A DNA stretch of 63,995 bases, filler included, from Octopus bimaculoides (lineage: Eukaryota), in assembly GCF_001194135.2 (NCBI RefSeq). It is 5 parts of 5 records of this genome, joined end to end, with 100 filler letters (N's around TTAATTAATTAA, not from the genome) between each part and the next. Parts side by side here need not be neighbours in the genome. Positions count along the whole stretch, not along the records: positions 1 to 27,982 come from NC_068981.1; 4 more parts are not named here. One strand, written 5' to 3'. Positions within the stretch are counted from its first letter, which is position 1. Every line of letters starts with the position of its first letter. This document shows, piece after piece, positions 1-12,678 of the stretch. Position numbers and translations under genes: made by a program. Under the pieces are notes generated by a model. It was not told the DNA's origin. It saw only the letters and a program-made list of their open reading frames with translations, and ran no database searches.

Positions 1-154
1 GGTGGATATTAGTGGGGGTCCGTATGGCTCTGGTCCATCCACTCCATCTCTCTATAGGGGTCTTCCTAGCCATAGAGGTAATTGTGGGTGGTCTACCTCT
101 TAGACGTCTACTAGGGCAGAAATCTCTAAGGTCGTATCTATCTAGATATGCATC

Positions 155-192
<38 letters not shown>

Positions 193-483
193 CAGGCTTC
201 TTTGAGTTTCTACTAGCAAATTCACTCACAAGGCTTTGGTTGGCCCAAGGCTATAGTAGAAGACACTTGCCCAAGGTGCCATTCAGTGGGATTGAACCTG
301 GAACTATGTGGTTGAGAAGTAAGCTTCTTACCACCCAGTTATGTTTGTGCCAATTATATGTGGATTTTTATAGTATTTTTTGAAGCTGATGTGTTACATG
401 TTACTGAAAGACCACTGCATTATCTTAACTGTTTAATCATTTTGCTCTTTGTATTTTTATTTATTGTTTTCTTTTGTTCACAG

Positions 484-583
484 GTTTGATGCAGCTAGTT
501 ATGTACCTGGAGAAGATAGTGCTAAATTATGTCTTCAATATAATACCTCATCAAATATCAAAATTAAAGAAGTTATAGTAAAG
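484..583 (+). CDS. Arrestin-domain (alpha-arrestin/ARRDC-like) protein, internal exon (first in window)
   Basis: tttgttcacag acceptor and AAG|gtctgt donor. One leading base plus 33 codons, FDAASYVPGEDSAKLCLQYNTSSNIKIKEVIVK, resembling the 'xxGYVPGE...IxxVxVKL' start of the Arrestin_C domain. Phase is compatible with the next exon. Confidence 0.7.
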
Positions 584-2782
584 GTCTGTAAAAAGGTCAA
601 TCCTTTTATTCTTTAGCATATAAACTGGCCATTTCATGTCCAAATATTCTACCTGTTTTATGTTCAAACTGGCCAGATAATGTTTCTCTCATCTACTGTA
701 CAATGTCATTCTAAAAATAAACAAACACATCATTAAGAATTAATGCATGATTAATTCAAAACAATGTGAAGAAACAAGCATTACATTTGACAGAGTAATC
801 TGAATGGTAAAGGGTTAATCCAATCATTCATGTTCACACGCACACACAGACACACACACACACACACATGCAGATATATAAAGAAAAAATTAAACTGTTC
901 CTCCGTTCCTTTTGACAATATGTATTCTAGTTGTTCAATCAATAGAACAGCTTGCTTATTGAATTATTGTGTAAGTGGCTGAGTATTCCTCAGACACCTG
1001 TACTCTTAACATAATCCTCAATCAGAATCTAAATGACAAAGCTGGCTTTTTACATTACAATACAATCCATCCAAGGAACTTCTACTCAGCTTTCATCTAC
1101 AAAATTCCATTCACAAGGTATAGCAGAGAACTATAGTAGAGGCTGTAGTAGAGATACTTGCTCAAGGTGCCATGCATGGTGTCAATCCAGAAACCACAGG
1201 GTTGCAAAACAAACTTCTTAACCACATGAAACAAGACCCCTTTCATTAGTTTTCCTGGGCATTTGGTCTTGATAGCCTTCTGTATCCGTCTCAGCAAGTT
1301 GCCATAGTACTCCCCAGTGATGGTCTCACAAGGCACAGGATTATAACTAAAATAGGATAGCTTTACTCAGTAATCTTTTAATGTTATATCTTTTTAATTT
1401 TTATCTTTATCTTTAATATGTTTCAGTCATTAGACTGCAGCAATGCTGGGGCACCACCTTAAAGAATTTTTTGTCAAATGAATCGACCCCCATTACTTTA
1501 TTTCTTAAGCCTGGTATTTATTCTGTTTGTCTCTTTCACCAAACTGCTAATTACAGTGATGTAAACACACCCACACTGATTGTCAAGTGATGGTGGGGAG
1601 AAAAACACACACACACATATACACACATATCATGGGCTTCTGTTAGTTTCCATTTACCAAATCTACACACAAGTCTTTGGTGGGCCCGATGTAATAATAA
1701 AAGACACTTGCACAAGTGTCTTCTACTTTTCATGTATGAGACCTAAAACTACTAACAAGTTACAATATCACACAACATTACAGAGGAGCCTCTTACACAG
1801 TTGCTTGATGTGCTAGAAATGGCAACCTAATCTTACCATCTTAATAAAAAATTAAAAACACATAGGATAATGAAATATTGGATACACTCTGGCTTAGAAC
1901 TACAAAAAAAGACAAGACGGTCCAGGCTGGAATGTTTTTGATCATATGTGTATTTAATCAAGGCTGAAATGGAATTGAACAACAAAAACAACATTAACCA
2001 AGTTAAAAATAGTTTTAAATGGTGTCCTGTATGACAAAGAATTATATACCTTCGAATCATCATCATCATAATTGTCATTGTCATTTAATGTCTGCCCTCC
2101 ATGCTAGCAGAGGTTGGATGGTTTGACAGGAGCTGGCAAGCCAGAGGACTTCACCAGGCCCTAATGTAGCATGGTTTCTACTGCTGGATGTTCTTCCTAA
2201 TACCAACCATTTTACAAAGTATACTGGGTGCTTTTTCTTTTTGTTTTTACATGGCACCAACATGTAACAACACTAACTGCTAACAGAAGAAAATTATTTG
2301 ATTGAAACAGGAACTGAATACAGGAAAGAAATTGGAAACCATAACAAAAAATAAAAGAACAGGATAAAAGCAATGGCAAAATATGAAATAAATTGTTAGG
2401 TGTCCAAAACGGTAGTGGGATTGGTTAGGTTACGAGTGACTAATTTAGGAAGTCTTCAACGATCCACTCTCCCTCATATATCTGTAGCTTTCATGATTAT
2501 TCATTTATGGTTTCATCATCAATCATCATCTAATGTTCACTTTTCCATGCTTACATGGGCCAAATGGAATTTGTTGAGGCAGATTTTCTACAGCCAGATG
2601 GATACCCTTCCTGTCACCAGCACCCACCTGTTTCCAAGCAATGACATATTTTTTTTATGGAAGAATGGAAATGTGCAGCATTGCTTGTATATAACTGTGA
2701 TGTGTATAACTTTTTTACAACCATGACACAATGCTGTCTTGACAAGGGTACACACAAACACACATGTATGTATATATGTATC

Positions 2783-2814
<32 letters not shown>

Positions 2815-3058
2815 TGTATGTATGTACGTACAAATGTATGTACATACAATGAGCTGCTTTCAGTTTCTGTCTGTGAAATCCACTCATAAGGGTTTGGTTG
2901 GCCTAGGGCTTTAGTAGGAGACACTTGCCTAAGATGCCATGCAATGGGACTGAACCAGAGACCATGTGGTTGAAAAGCAAGCTTTTAAACCACACAGTCA
3001 CACCCATACCTTCAACAATATAAATAGATTATTCTTTACTGTTCATATCTACTTTCAG

Positions 3059-3222
3059 CTTTTGAAGTCCCTTGCATTATCTAGTGGTTCAGCCAACCGT
3101 AAATCTGTTACTGATGAAAGTTTTGATCCTTCTCAACCCTCTTACATTTTACCATATCGCACACAGGAAACTAATGTTTGGCAAACTTGCTTAACATATA
3201 CTAATGAAGAATTACCTAATAT
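3059..3222 (+). CDS. Arrestin-domain protein, internal exon
   Basis: ctactttcag acceptor, AT|gtgagt donor. Phase 0 to 2, open: LLKSLALSSGSANRKSVTDESFDPSQPSYILPYRTQETNVWQTCLTYTNEELPN. Confidence 0.75.
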
Positions 3223-3741
3223 GTGAGTTAACTACTTATTTTTTAATTAACTAATTTCTACTCTTGTTTCCTTTGAAATCCATCAATATGTATCCAGTTT
3301 TTTTCTCATTTTGTACTATTTACTTAATTTGCATATTAGTTGGGGGAAAAAAAAAACTAACTGGGAAATTGTGTAAATATGGGTATGCTAAGCAGTGGGT
3401 TTTGATACATCAAAAATGGGAGTTTGAATAATAAGATAATCGTTATTTCATTTTGTTTCTGTAAACTTTATTGAAGCAGGTATACCTGTACCTATCAATA
3501 TTGATTTCGAATTTTTGGCATAAGACCATCAATTTTGAGAATGGATAAGTCGATTACATCGATCCCAGTGCTCAACTGGTACTTATTTTATCTGAAAGGT
3601 AAAGTGGACTTTGGTGCAATTTGAACTCAGAATGTAAAGAAGGATGAAATGCCACTCAGCATTTTTCTCGGTGTGCTAACGATTCTGCTCGGTTACCACC
3701 TTCCTGTACCTATTCATATTAAGTTAGATATGGATAACTGT

Positions 3742-3776
<35 letters not shown>

Positions 3777-4319
3777 CATCTCCCCGCTCCAACATGTGCA
3801 CATTGGTACTCAATTATATTCATAATAATTTATATAAATTATAATTTATATTCATTCATAATTATTAATGAAACTTAATATAATCAAATTTCATATCAGT
3901 TCAAATATGTTTGAGAAATATTTGAATCTGTAAACAGCTTTTCACTTTAGTTTATCATGGAGATTAAAATTCTCTCTCACTTAAGACAAAAAGATGGAAA
4001 AGCACCATATTCAGCTTAAAATACCCTCTATTGGACTGATGGATACATATTTCAAACTAATTTTGTTCTCCTTAGTACAATATATCAAAGAGAAGCAACT
4101 CTGAACTGACAAAGTAGCTTAGCTTCTCTTATAAGAAAGCCATTGAAAATATGATTGGTGGCACATATCAGCTGCCAGACCATAGAAAATTTTTATGAGT
4201 AGATGCATGAAGCAATGACTGAGAGTAAGCCAAGCTTGATTGTAGTTCAAATATGTTTAAAAGAATCTTCTTAAATTTAACATAACTAACATATTGCATT
4301 CATTTATTTTCTCTTACAG

Positions 4320-4383
4320 ACCTCTTGAAATTAAAGTACCTCTAAAAGACTTATCACCCACCACCAGCACTGAGATTATTCAG
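4320..4383 (+). CDS. Arrestin-domain protein, internal exon
   Basis: tttctcttacag acceptor, CAG|gtaaac donor. Phase 2 to 0: (I)PLEIKVPLKDLSPTTSTEIIQ, matching the 'L.IP..LPPT....II' Arrestin_C pattern. Confidence 0.75.
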
Positions 4384-4661
4384 GTAAACAACATTTCTAT
4401 TTTTGTAGCAAACATTGATACATGCATGAACATCTTTTTTTTAATTACATCTTTAGAATATTATAGATTTCTATGAAAAGGCTTCTTTCAGTTTCCATCT
4501 ACCAAATCCACTCATAAGTCAACCCAGCGATGTAGTACAAGATACTCACATAAGGTACCACACTGTGGGACTGAGCTTGAAAGCAAGTGGTTGGGAAGTA
4601 AACTAAATACCACAGAGCCATGACTGCATATATATGTACACACACATGTATATATATATAA

Positions 4662-4725
<64 letters not shown>

Positions 4726-5864
4726 GAAGATCAAACACAAAAAAAAAAACCCTGAGGACGTGGTACATGTAAAGTATTAGCAGATGCTCAGGGAAGGAAA
4801 GAAAGATGGTTTTACATTTCGAGCAAAGCTCTTCTTCAGAAACAAAAGACAGAAGAATGTCCAAGAGAAAAGGAAGACGGAGGAAAAAGCAAAATCGCCA
4901 ACAATTCACATGTGGTTACACTTTGAAGAGTCAAAATTATATGCACTCTTGTTTTTGCAATGTATTTACACAAAAGCAGGGGATGAACAAGTACGTCGTT
5001 TTTCTATATAGTCTCCTTCCTTTTTGATGCACTTGGTCCAGTAGTCCACAAGCTTGTGTATTCCCTCCAAAAAAGGTTTTTAGTTTGTTGTGCAACCATT
5101 TATGCACCACTTCCTTCACATCTTCATCCATAGGAAATCAATGACCTTGTAAACCATCTTTGAGTGATCCAAAGATATGATAGGTGGAAGGGGCAAGATC
5201 TGGGCTGTAGGGAGGGTGTTCCAGCACCTCAAAACCTAATTGGTTAATGGTTTCGACAGTTTGGGTGGCTGTGTGTGGGCATGCATTGTCATGCTACAAC
5301 AAAACTTCCTTCAATAATAGGCTTCATCGTTTAGTGCAAACTGCTGGCTTCAATCTGTTGGCCAGCAAAGCACTGTATCTTGCACTCTTGATCATATACC
5401 CCTTCCGACCAGAGAAATTGGATCACTGCTCTTTGTTCTTCTTTGGTGAATATTGCTAGTGGAGCAGCCATGCTAACACTTTAAAGCCAAAAAGAAAAAT
5501 GGTGCGATCAGGCTTAACTTCAATCATGTGACCACAATAGTACCAACTATAAGCATGCATGCGCGGAAGGCGGTGTGACAATAATAAAGATATGTTAAGG
5601 TGGAAGTGCAGATAATTTTTGACTTGCCCTCGTATATCTATGTGTGTGTGTCTTTGAGTCTGTGTTTGTCTCCCCACCGCCACTTGACAATCAGTATCGG
5701 TGTGTTTGCATCTCCGTAACCTGGCCGGTTTGGCAAAAGACACTGATAGAATAAGTACCAGGCTCAAAGAATAAGTATTTTGGGTCGATTCATTCGACTA
5801 AAAATTCAAGGTGGTATCCCAGCATGGTCACAGTCCAATGACTGAAACAAGTAAAAGATAAAAG

Positions 5865-5897
<33 letters not shown>

Positions 5898-5900
<3 letters not shown>

Positions 5901-6162
5901 GGTGGGCCAAAAAGTCATGCACAAAATGAGTTCAATACAGCCTGGAATTGTCAGACATGCTTCAATTTATCTAAAATTGAATAAGATAATGATGAATACA
6001 CATGTACTTGTTGATAATGAACAAGATGATTAATAATAATAATGATGATGATAATAATAACAACAACAACAACAACAACAACAATAACAATAATAATAAT
6101 AATTAGAACATTAATAAAATGAAATGCCAAATCTTTTGGTGCTTAACTTTTGGCCCACCCGG
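5898..6162. mobile_element. Tc1/mariner-type MITE
   Basis: caaggtgggccaaaaagt ... acttttggcccacccgg inverted termini, in a TA context. Confidence 0.7.
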
Positions 6163-6287
6163 TATATATAATCATAATTTTTTTGATGGCCTTTGGCCAG
6201 GCCTTGTGTATTGTGTGTGTGTTGTTTAAGTTACTGTAAATGTCTGTCAGTATAATTTTTACTTTTTATATATGTTTTTTTAAACAG

Positions 6288-6386
6288 TGTTTCTATAAAG
6301 TGAAAATACATATAACTCTACAGAACAAGAAATCAATCCATCTTGATGTACCTGGACCCTATGTACTATCTCCCAATGATGAAAAG
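6288..6386 (+). CDS. Arrestin-domain protein, internal exon
   Basis: ttttttaaacag acceptor, AAG|gtaagt donor. 33 codons, CFYKVKIHITLQNKKSIHLDVPGPYVLSPNDEK, matching the 'Y.L.V......L.L.VP' end of Arrestin_C. Confidence 0.75.
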
Positions 6387-6554
6387 GTAAGTTACAACAT
6401 TCACTTATACTATTCAGTAACACACTAACCTTTATTTGAAGTTCCCATTGGAATGTAGCAAGTGTACATCTCAGAATCTATATTTTATTTTTGGTCAGTA
6501 AGGACATCAAAACTACTCAACCAGAGATTGCTGTGTGTGTCACTTACATACAAT

Positions 6555-6900
6555 CATCATCATCATCATCATCATAGTTTAACGTCCACTTTCCATGCTA
6601 GCATGGGTTGGACGATTTGACTGAGGACTGGTGAAACCGGATGGCAACACCAGCCTCCAATCTGATTTGGCAGAGTTTCTACAGCTGGATGCCCTTCCTA
6701 ACGCCAACCACTCAGAGAGTGTAATGGGTGCTTTTACGTGTCACCCGCACGAAGGCCAGTCAGGCGGTACTGGCAATGGCCACGCTCAAAATGGTGTATT
6801 TTATGTGCCACCTGCACAAGAGTCAGTCCAGGGGAACTGGCAACGATCTCACTCGAAAATCCTACGAAGGCCAGTCAGGCGGTACTGGCAACGACCACGA
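6555..6900 (-). mobile_element. RTE-tail element (family C; 5'-truncated RTE 3' UTR or RTE-dependent SINE)
   Basis: Near-identical to 35535-35747. Other copies at about 2080-2260, 7340-7710(+), 10330-10650(+), 15840-16105(+), 24983-25201(+, nested in the Chapaev element) and 28570-28740. Confidence 0.88.
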
Positions 6901-9756
6901 TGTTGATGACAATAATGTCTTCATTTCTCACAACACTTTTAATCATTAATGACTGTCTTAGTCTTTCTTAACCTTCTTTATGCTGGGATCATCCACATAC
7001 AACTTAGATATTTCAAACTAGATTTGCTAGATACTTTATAAAAATGTCCTCCACAGAAGAATTAGACGACCAAGTCTTCTTTTAACAACATCAAGACACA
7101 ATTTAATGTACATATTAAGGAAACGGACCTGAACAACACACTATCTAGTCATGAACAACATACAACAAAAATCTTCAAAGTTACTATAAACACAAAGTCT
7201 TACAATCTTTGACAATTTTTCATGATAATCTTAGATATATAAAAAATTATGCTCCACAAAAAACTAGGTTTCCTCTTTGAATTAGGAAGTACATCAGCTT
7301 TGAACTCTACAAAATTCAAATATCACTCATATTGGAATACAGCTCAGCACCATTCGAGTGTGGTCAATGCCAATGCTGCCTGACTGGTCCCATGCCAGTG
7401 GCACATAAAAAGCACCAATCGATCGTGGTCGTTGCCAGTGCCACCTGACTGGTTCCTATGCCAGTGGCATGTAAAAAGCACCATTCAAGCGCGGTTGATG
7501 CCAGTACTGCCTGACTGGCTCTCATGCTGGTGGCACGTAAAAAGCATCCACTACACTCTCAATTTTTTATTTATTTATTTTTTGCAGTCGTAAACTTTGC
7601 CAGATCAGATTTGAGCCTGGTGCAGCCTTCTGGCTTGCCAGCCCTCAGTCAAACCGTCAAACCCATGCCAGCATGGAAAGCTGACGTTAAACGATGATGA
7701 TGATGACATCTGACTGAATCTATAGCTGATTGCTATAGATTCACTCACTACCATGTTCAATCCCTAACTAACAGAGAGACACTGTTTCTTTTGTGTGTTT
7801 CTTCTACTGTTACTACAACTTTTTGATCTTCTGAAGTAGCTAGTTCTATACTCCTCCTACCTAAATATACTTAAGTTGGCAGCAAATTGGTTGCACTGTT
7901 AGAGCACAAGTTCAAGACAAAACATAACATCTGTTCCTATTCTCTGCGCTCTAAATTCAAATTCTTCCAAAGTGGGCCTTGTCTTTCATTCTCCCTGGAT
8001 CAGTAAAATAAAATCCAGTTTAGGACAGTAAATTGGCAAAATTGTTAGAGTGTAGGACTGAATAGATTGTATATAGGTTCAAAATCAATGGTCCCTCTAT
8101 GACCAGCTATAACTTTTTAACTTCCTTAAATATTATACACCTTCTCTTAACTTACAACTGAGTTCTGTTCTGACTGACATGTTGTAAGTCAATCTGATTG
8201 TATTTCAGATTTATATTTTTCAATACTATTTTCATTCAAATGCAACTGATGCTTGAAAGCGACTGAGTGAGAGATAGAGGCAGGCAGTAGATGCTTGGGT
8301 CTGAGGGGAGGGGCTGCATTGCCAGATGCTGTCGTAGTTATTGTACATGCAGCTGCCTTATGTTCAAAAATCGATTTTTTATTTATTTATTTTTTGCAGT
8401 CGTAAGTTGCATAGATTGTAAGTCGAGAAGGTGTATATATAAAGTCATACAAAATAAAATGAAAGCTCCTAGAATAGACTGGGCCATAACTCAATAGAAG
8501 CAGATGGTGCAAACTTTGCTTGGCTGAGAAGGCAAGGATCCTAAAAAATTCACTCAATCTGGGTACCTTTTTAAATTCAGAAAGAGAAACTTTTAGTCAG
8601 TGCCCTTATGGTAGAAAATCCATTCTGGAAATGTGGGCTCCCCTGCTTGCTGACTAGTGAATGGAAAACGTACATAAACTGAGCCTTTTCGGGCACTGCT
8701 GGAATCATTCAAAGGGTGGTAACTCCATATTTTCCAGAATGGTTTTATTGTTTTGAAAAAAATTTTTGTGGTTTCAAGTGGGTTTTTTTTTGCACCATCA
8801 AGCTGACCAAGATTGTATTTTTACCTCCACAAGCAAGTCACCTATATTGCTAAGTGCAATAATAGACATGAAACCGATGGTAACTTTCTCACTGGCCATA
8901 ACCAATGACTACATAAAATATATGTGCATGCATATGTGTGTGTTGTGTATTTTTGTGTCTATGTTTGTACCCCATCATTGCTTGTCAACCAGTGTTTGCT
9001 TGTTTATGTCCTTGTAACTTAGTGATTTAGCTAGGAGAGATTGATAGAATAAGTACCATGCTGAGAAAATAAAATAAGCTCTGGGTTGATTTGTACAGCT
9101 AAAACCCTTTAAGGCAGTGCCCCAGCATGGTAATGGTCTGATGAATGAAACAAATAAAGGACAAAAGATTAAATCTTTTGTCTTTGACCACCATTGATAG
9201 GGACAAACTGTAAACTTTTGGATATCTAGTTCGAGGCACTATATCTTAAAAGCAAGACCTGAACCATTAACTGACATTAATATTTATTATTTTGTTTTAT
9301 ATTTTTTTTATTAAGGCCTTTCATTTTCAAGTGCATAATTTAAGTGCCAAAATTTAAGACCAATATTAAGTAAACTTGATAAAACATTTAATTTTCCCTA
9401 AAAGTGAAATGGGTGTATCCAGTGGGTTACTTTTACATACAATAACAGTCCTAGGTATGACCTTAACCTGCATCTGTCAATGGGTCCCTGGCTTGTAAGT
9501 TCCAAGGTTTTGAAGCATGTGGAACCACTTCTTAAGTATTATTGCTCCCAGGTCTGCTCTGACCTAGAGTAGTACCACATGTTAGGATCCCAGCTATGGA
9601 TTAATTAGCATGTCATGGAATTACCTTTGGAAGAAGGACCCTCACATATGGGCAAGTGAGAGGCCTTTCAGCTCTTTAACTGCTCATTGAAAAAAAGATA
9701 ATTCTATAATTAATCCTGCATCCAGATAACTATTCTTTTCTTTTTTTATTTTCTAG

Positions 9757-9856
9757 TGGTGTAATCAGATATGTCCAGATTGGATGAACAAAGGAAAAAC
9801 AACGTTACCAAATGTCTCTCTTGGAGATAATTTTAGGGTTTCTAGAAGACTCTTAT
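9757..9856 (+). CDS. Arrestin-domain protein, penultimate exon
   Basis: ttttattttctag acceptor, T|gtaaga donor. Phase 0 to 1, open: WCNQICPDWMNKGKTTLPNVSLGDNFRVSRRLL. Supported by splice sites and phase only; no recognised motif. Confidence 0.55.
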
Positions 9857-10749
9857 GTAAGATTTAACTATTTACTTGGTAATTGCTTAACTGCACCTCC
9901 ATGCATGTTCACACATTACATTCACCACCTCCACCTTCTTTCACCTGTTACTTGCCCTCACTCTTTGTGACAGCATCTGCTCTCTCTTCCCCACCTATGA
10001 CCCACTGTCTGTATCCTCTCATGCCCACCTATTTGTACCTTGAGAATTTGTTCTGGCATTCAATCACTACCTTCTTTTATCTCCTTCTCAACTACTCCCT
10101 CCCATCTCTATATATAACAGGGAGTAGCCATGTATCTCCTCTATAGCAAGACACCTGTGCTTGCCCTTCTATCTTACTTTAGACTTTCAACATCTGGCAT
10201 ATAACCACCTTCTCCACTCAATTACTCCCCATTTAGTTGTGGGATCTTAGCTTTTGCTCTCCTTAATCTTCTGTTTTTCTGCAAGTTACTTGGCAACCTC
10301 TCTAGTGCCAGTAGTATGAAAAAAATCAAGCACGCAGTACACTCTGTAAAATGGTGAACATTACAAAGAGCATTCAGCTGTAGAAACCATGCCAAAGCTA
10401 ACATTGAAGCCTGATATGGCATTACAACTCTGTGGATCATGTGAAACTATTTAACTCATGCCAGTATAGAAAGCTAGGTGTCTCAAAAAGTGCATCCGGT
10501 GCATTCTGTAAAGTGGCTGGCATTAGGGTGGGGGTATTCAACCATAGAAACCATGCTAAAGCAGATACTGGTGCATGATGTAATCCTCAGACTGTCAAAT
10601 CATCCAACTCATGTCAGCATGGAAGATGGACTAAAAAAAGTGATGATGATATATATATATATAACATGGGCTTTGTAAAAGAATAGATAAAAGTGCTTAG
10701 AAGTGACCTATTAAACTTGTTGGAGATTAGCATTCTAGTGCTGTTTATA

Positions 10750-11960
10750 CTGTAGATGGGTTTGTGTTAGAAAGTATTGTACCTTACCCAAAGTGAAGGA
10801 ACAAATGAAAATAACATGGTATACAGAAGACTTTGGTTTGGCTGAGGACAACTTATCTGATGCCAATGGCATTGTGAAGTGAATCCAGTGTACGTATGTT
10901 ATAAAGCAGTTTGTATTAGAAAGGGCATCTAGTTACATTAAAAGGGATGAATGAAGACAATATGAGGTAGAGAGTACTTTTTGGTGTGACATAGACAACA
11001 TCTATCATATTCATGACATGATGAAATGCACCCACTCCACTTTGTAAAGTGGTTGGTGATAGAAAGTCATCCAGCCATAAAACTATATGTAATAAATAAA
11101 TAAATTACGTACCAATTTTGCTGATTTTTCTGTAATGTGTGTCAGATTTTGAAGGAACATAAGTTGTGAGATGCTATTAAACTTGTCTAACTCAGACTAG
11201 CATTTACCCAGTTGTATATGACATTTAGGTTCTGTTGGAGTGCATAAATATTATCCTTTGTCTTGATCTCTGGCATCACTTTAGTTTTGACTGCATAGTT
11301 GCTGAATATATTTTTGTCTATGTTTGACAACACTACAAAGAACAAGAAGAGACTCAGAATTGTACTTCATTCATTACTGTACTCTATTTATTAGTGCAGA
11401 CTTTCTTGATTGAATTTTGTTGGATGCCAACATTTAACTTCAGTCTTTCAGAAAATCATAGATCCGAATGTGCAATGTTTCTATTATGCTAAAATTTTTC
11501 AGCTGGTGAGATAAGATTCTATGGTTGTCAAAGGCTTCGGTGAAGTCAAAGAATATTGGAGACATCTCATGATGTAGATAACATACTGTTCAGAATTTAG
11601 ATGTGTTTGTTGTAGAAGTAGTGTCAGACAGTTTCTTCTTGGACAAAAACCAAGTTTGGAATTATCAAAAATCTTTTGTTGATATAAATAGTTTCTTATT
11701 CTTCTGCATATGATATTCTCAAGAATTTTTGAAAGGTGAGATGTGCCACAGATCTGTAATTGTTTGTCTGTGTTCTTGTTTCCTTTATAAATCAGTACTG
11801 TTATAATAGCCTCCTACCACATTTCTCATAGTTGTCTAGCATCATGGTACTAATATGACTGGCTTTGCAAGATTTTAGAAATAGAGCTGACAGTCAACCT
11901 GGTTTGGAAACTGAGTTTATATCAAGACAGCTTATTAAATTGATTACATTCAGTTAACTT
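10750..11960 (-). mobile_element. Old CR1/L2/Jockey-group LINE reverse-transcriptase relic in the last intron of the arrestin gene
   Basis: Heavily frameshifted: DINSVSKPG..ALFLKSCKA, EAIITVLIYKG...NYRSVA, KLGFCPRRNCLTLLL, FFDFTEAFD.HRILSHQLKNF, ALQQNLNVIYNW. Confidence 0.7.
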
Positions 11961-12369
11961 TATATCTGTTAAGTTATTGACCGATGGAATATATCAGTAT
12001 GTTCAATATACTGCTCTTTCTCTGCCTGAGAAAAGATGCTTGCAGTCTAAGCATATGGCAAATTCAAAAACAGTCATCCATACACATACCATTTGGACAT
12101 TGAACCAGACTGGTTTTTGATTTTAAGATGGGAAGGTCATATGCAGAGTGGTAACACAAAATTTAAAGTAATGATGGTGTGCAGTCTCAGTTTTAAATGT
12201 GGTTATTATATCCTTTTATCCTTTCCAGGTTGATAAAAATAAAGTATTGTTGGTGGAGCAGGGGTTGATACATTCCTTCAAATAGTATGGCTTTGTGCCA
12301 GTCTTAGAAATTAGTAAAATTATGTTTAATTCAGATGACTAAATTTGTAATATTTTTGTTTGATTTCAG

Positions 12370-12410
12370 ATGAAGAATATTTTGGACTTCCAGGATTTTT
12401 ACCATTGTGA
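12370..12410 (+). CDS. Arrestin-domain protein, putative terminal coding exon
   Basis: tttgatttcag acceptor. A phase 1 start gives (Y)EEYFGLPGFLPL-TGA. AATAAA lies downstream at 12673-12678. Confidence 0.5.
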
Positions 12411-12672
12411 CATTATCACCCATATTTTCATGCAAACCCTTTATGATACTCCAAGAAAACAGTTTTTTGTAACTGACTCCATTTAATGACAAGATCTATT
12501 TATATATTTATACATAGATATTTAAAAATTGTTTTCTTTGCTTACACAGGCATTTCACTTTGTTAACATGCAACAGAGTTACAATGTCAAATCACTTTCA
12601 GATGGATCTCACATGATTCACATATATTCTTTATGTTCTATCATGAAATGTAGCATACATTCCTATTATATA

Positions 12673-12678
12673 AATAAA
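12673..12678 (+). promoter_or_regulatory. Candidate polyadenylation signal of the arrestin-domain gene
   Basis: AATAAA about 260 bp after the predicted stop. The hexamer is common in AT-rich DNA. Confidence 0.3.

Noticed and set aside
7340-7550. CRISPR-like regularly spaced repeats (gcctgactgg...aaaagcacc)
   Set aside because: These are the tandem 55-60-bp subrepeats of the RTE-type 3' UTR in a eukaryote. The spacers are homologous to each other and there are no cas genes.
9757-9856. FYVE-domain resemblance (PDW...F...RR) after the arrestin domain
   Set aside because: There is no RRHHCR motif and no zinc-binding cysteine pattern in this exon or the next.
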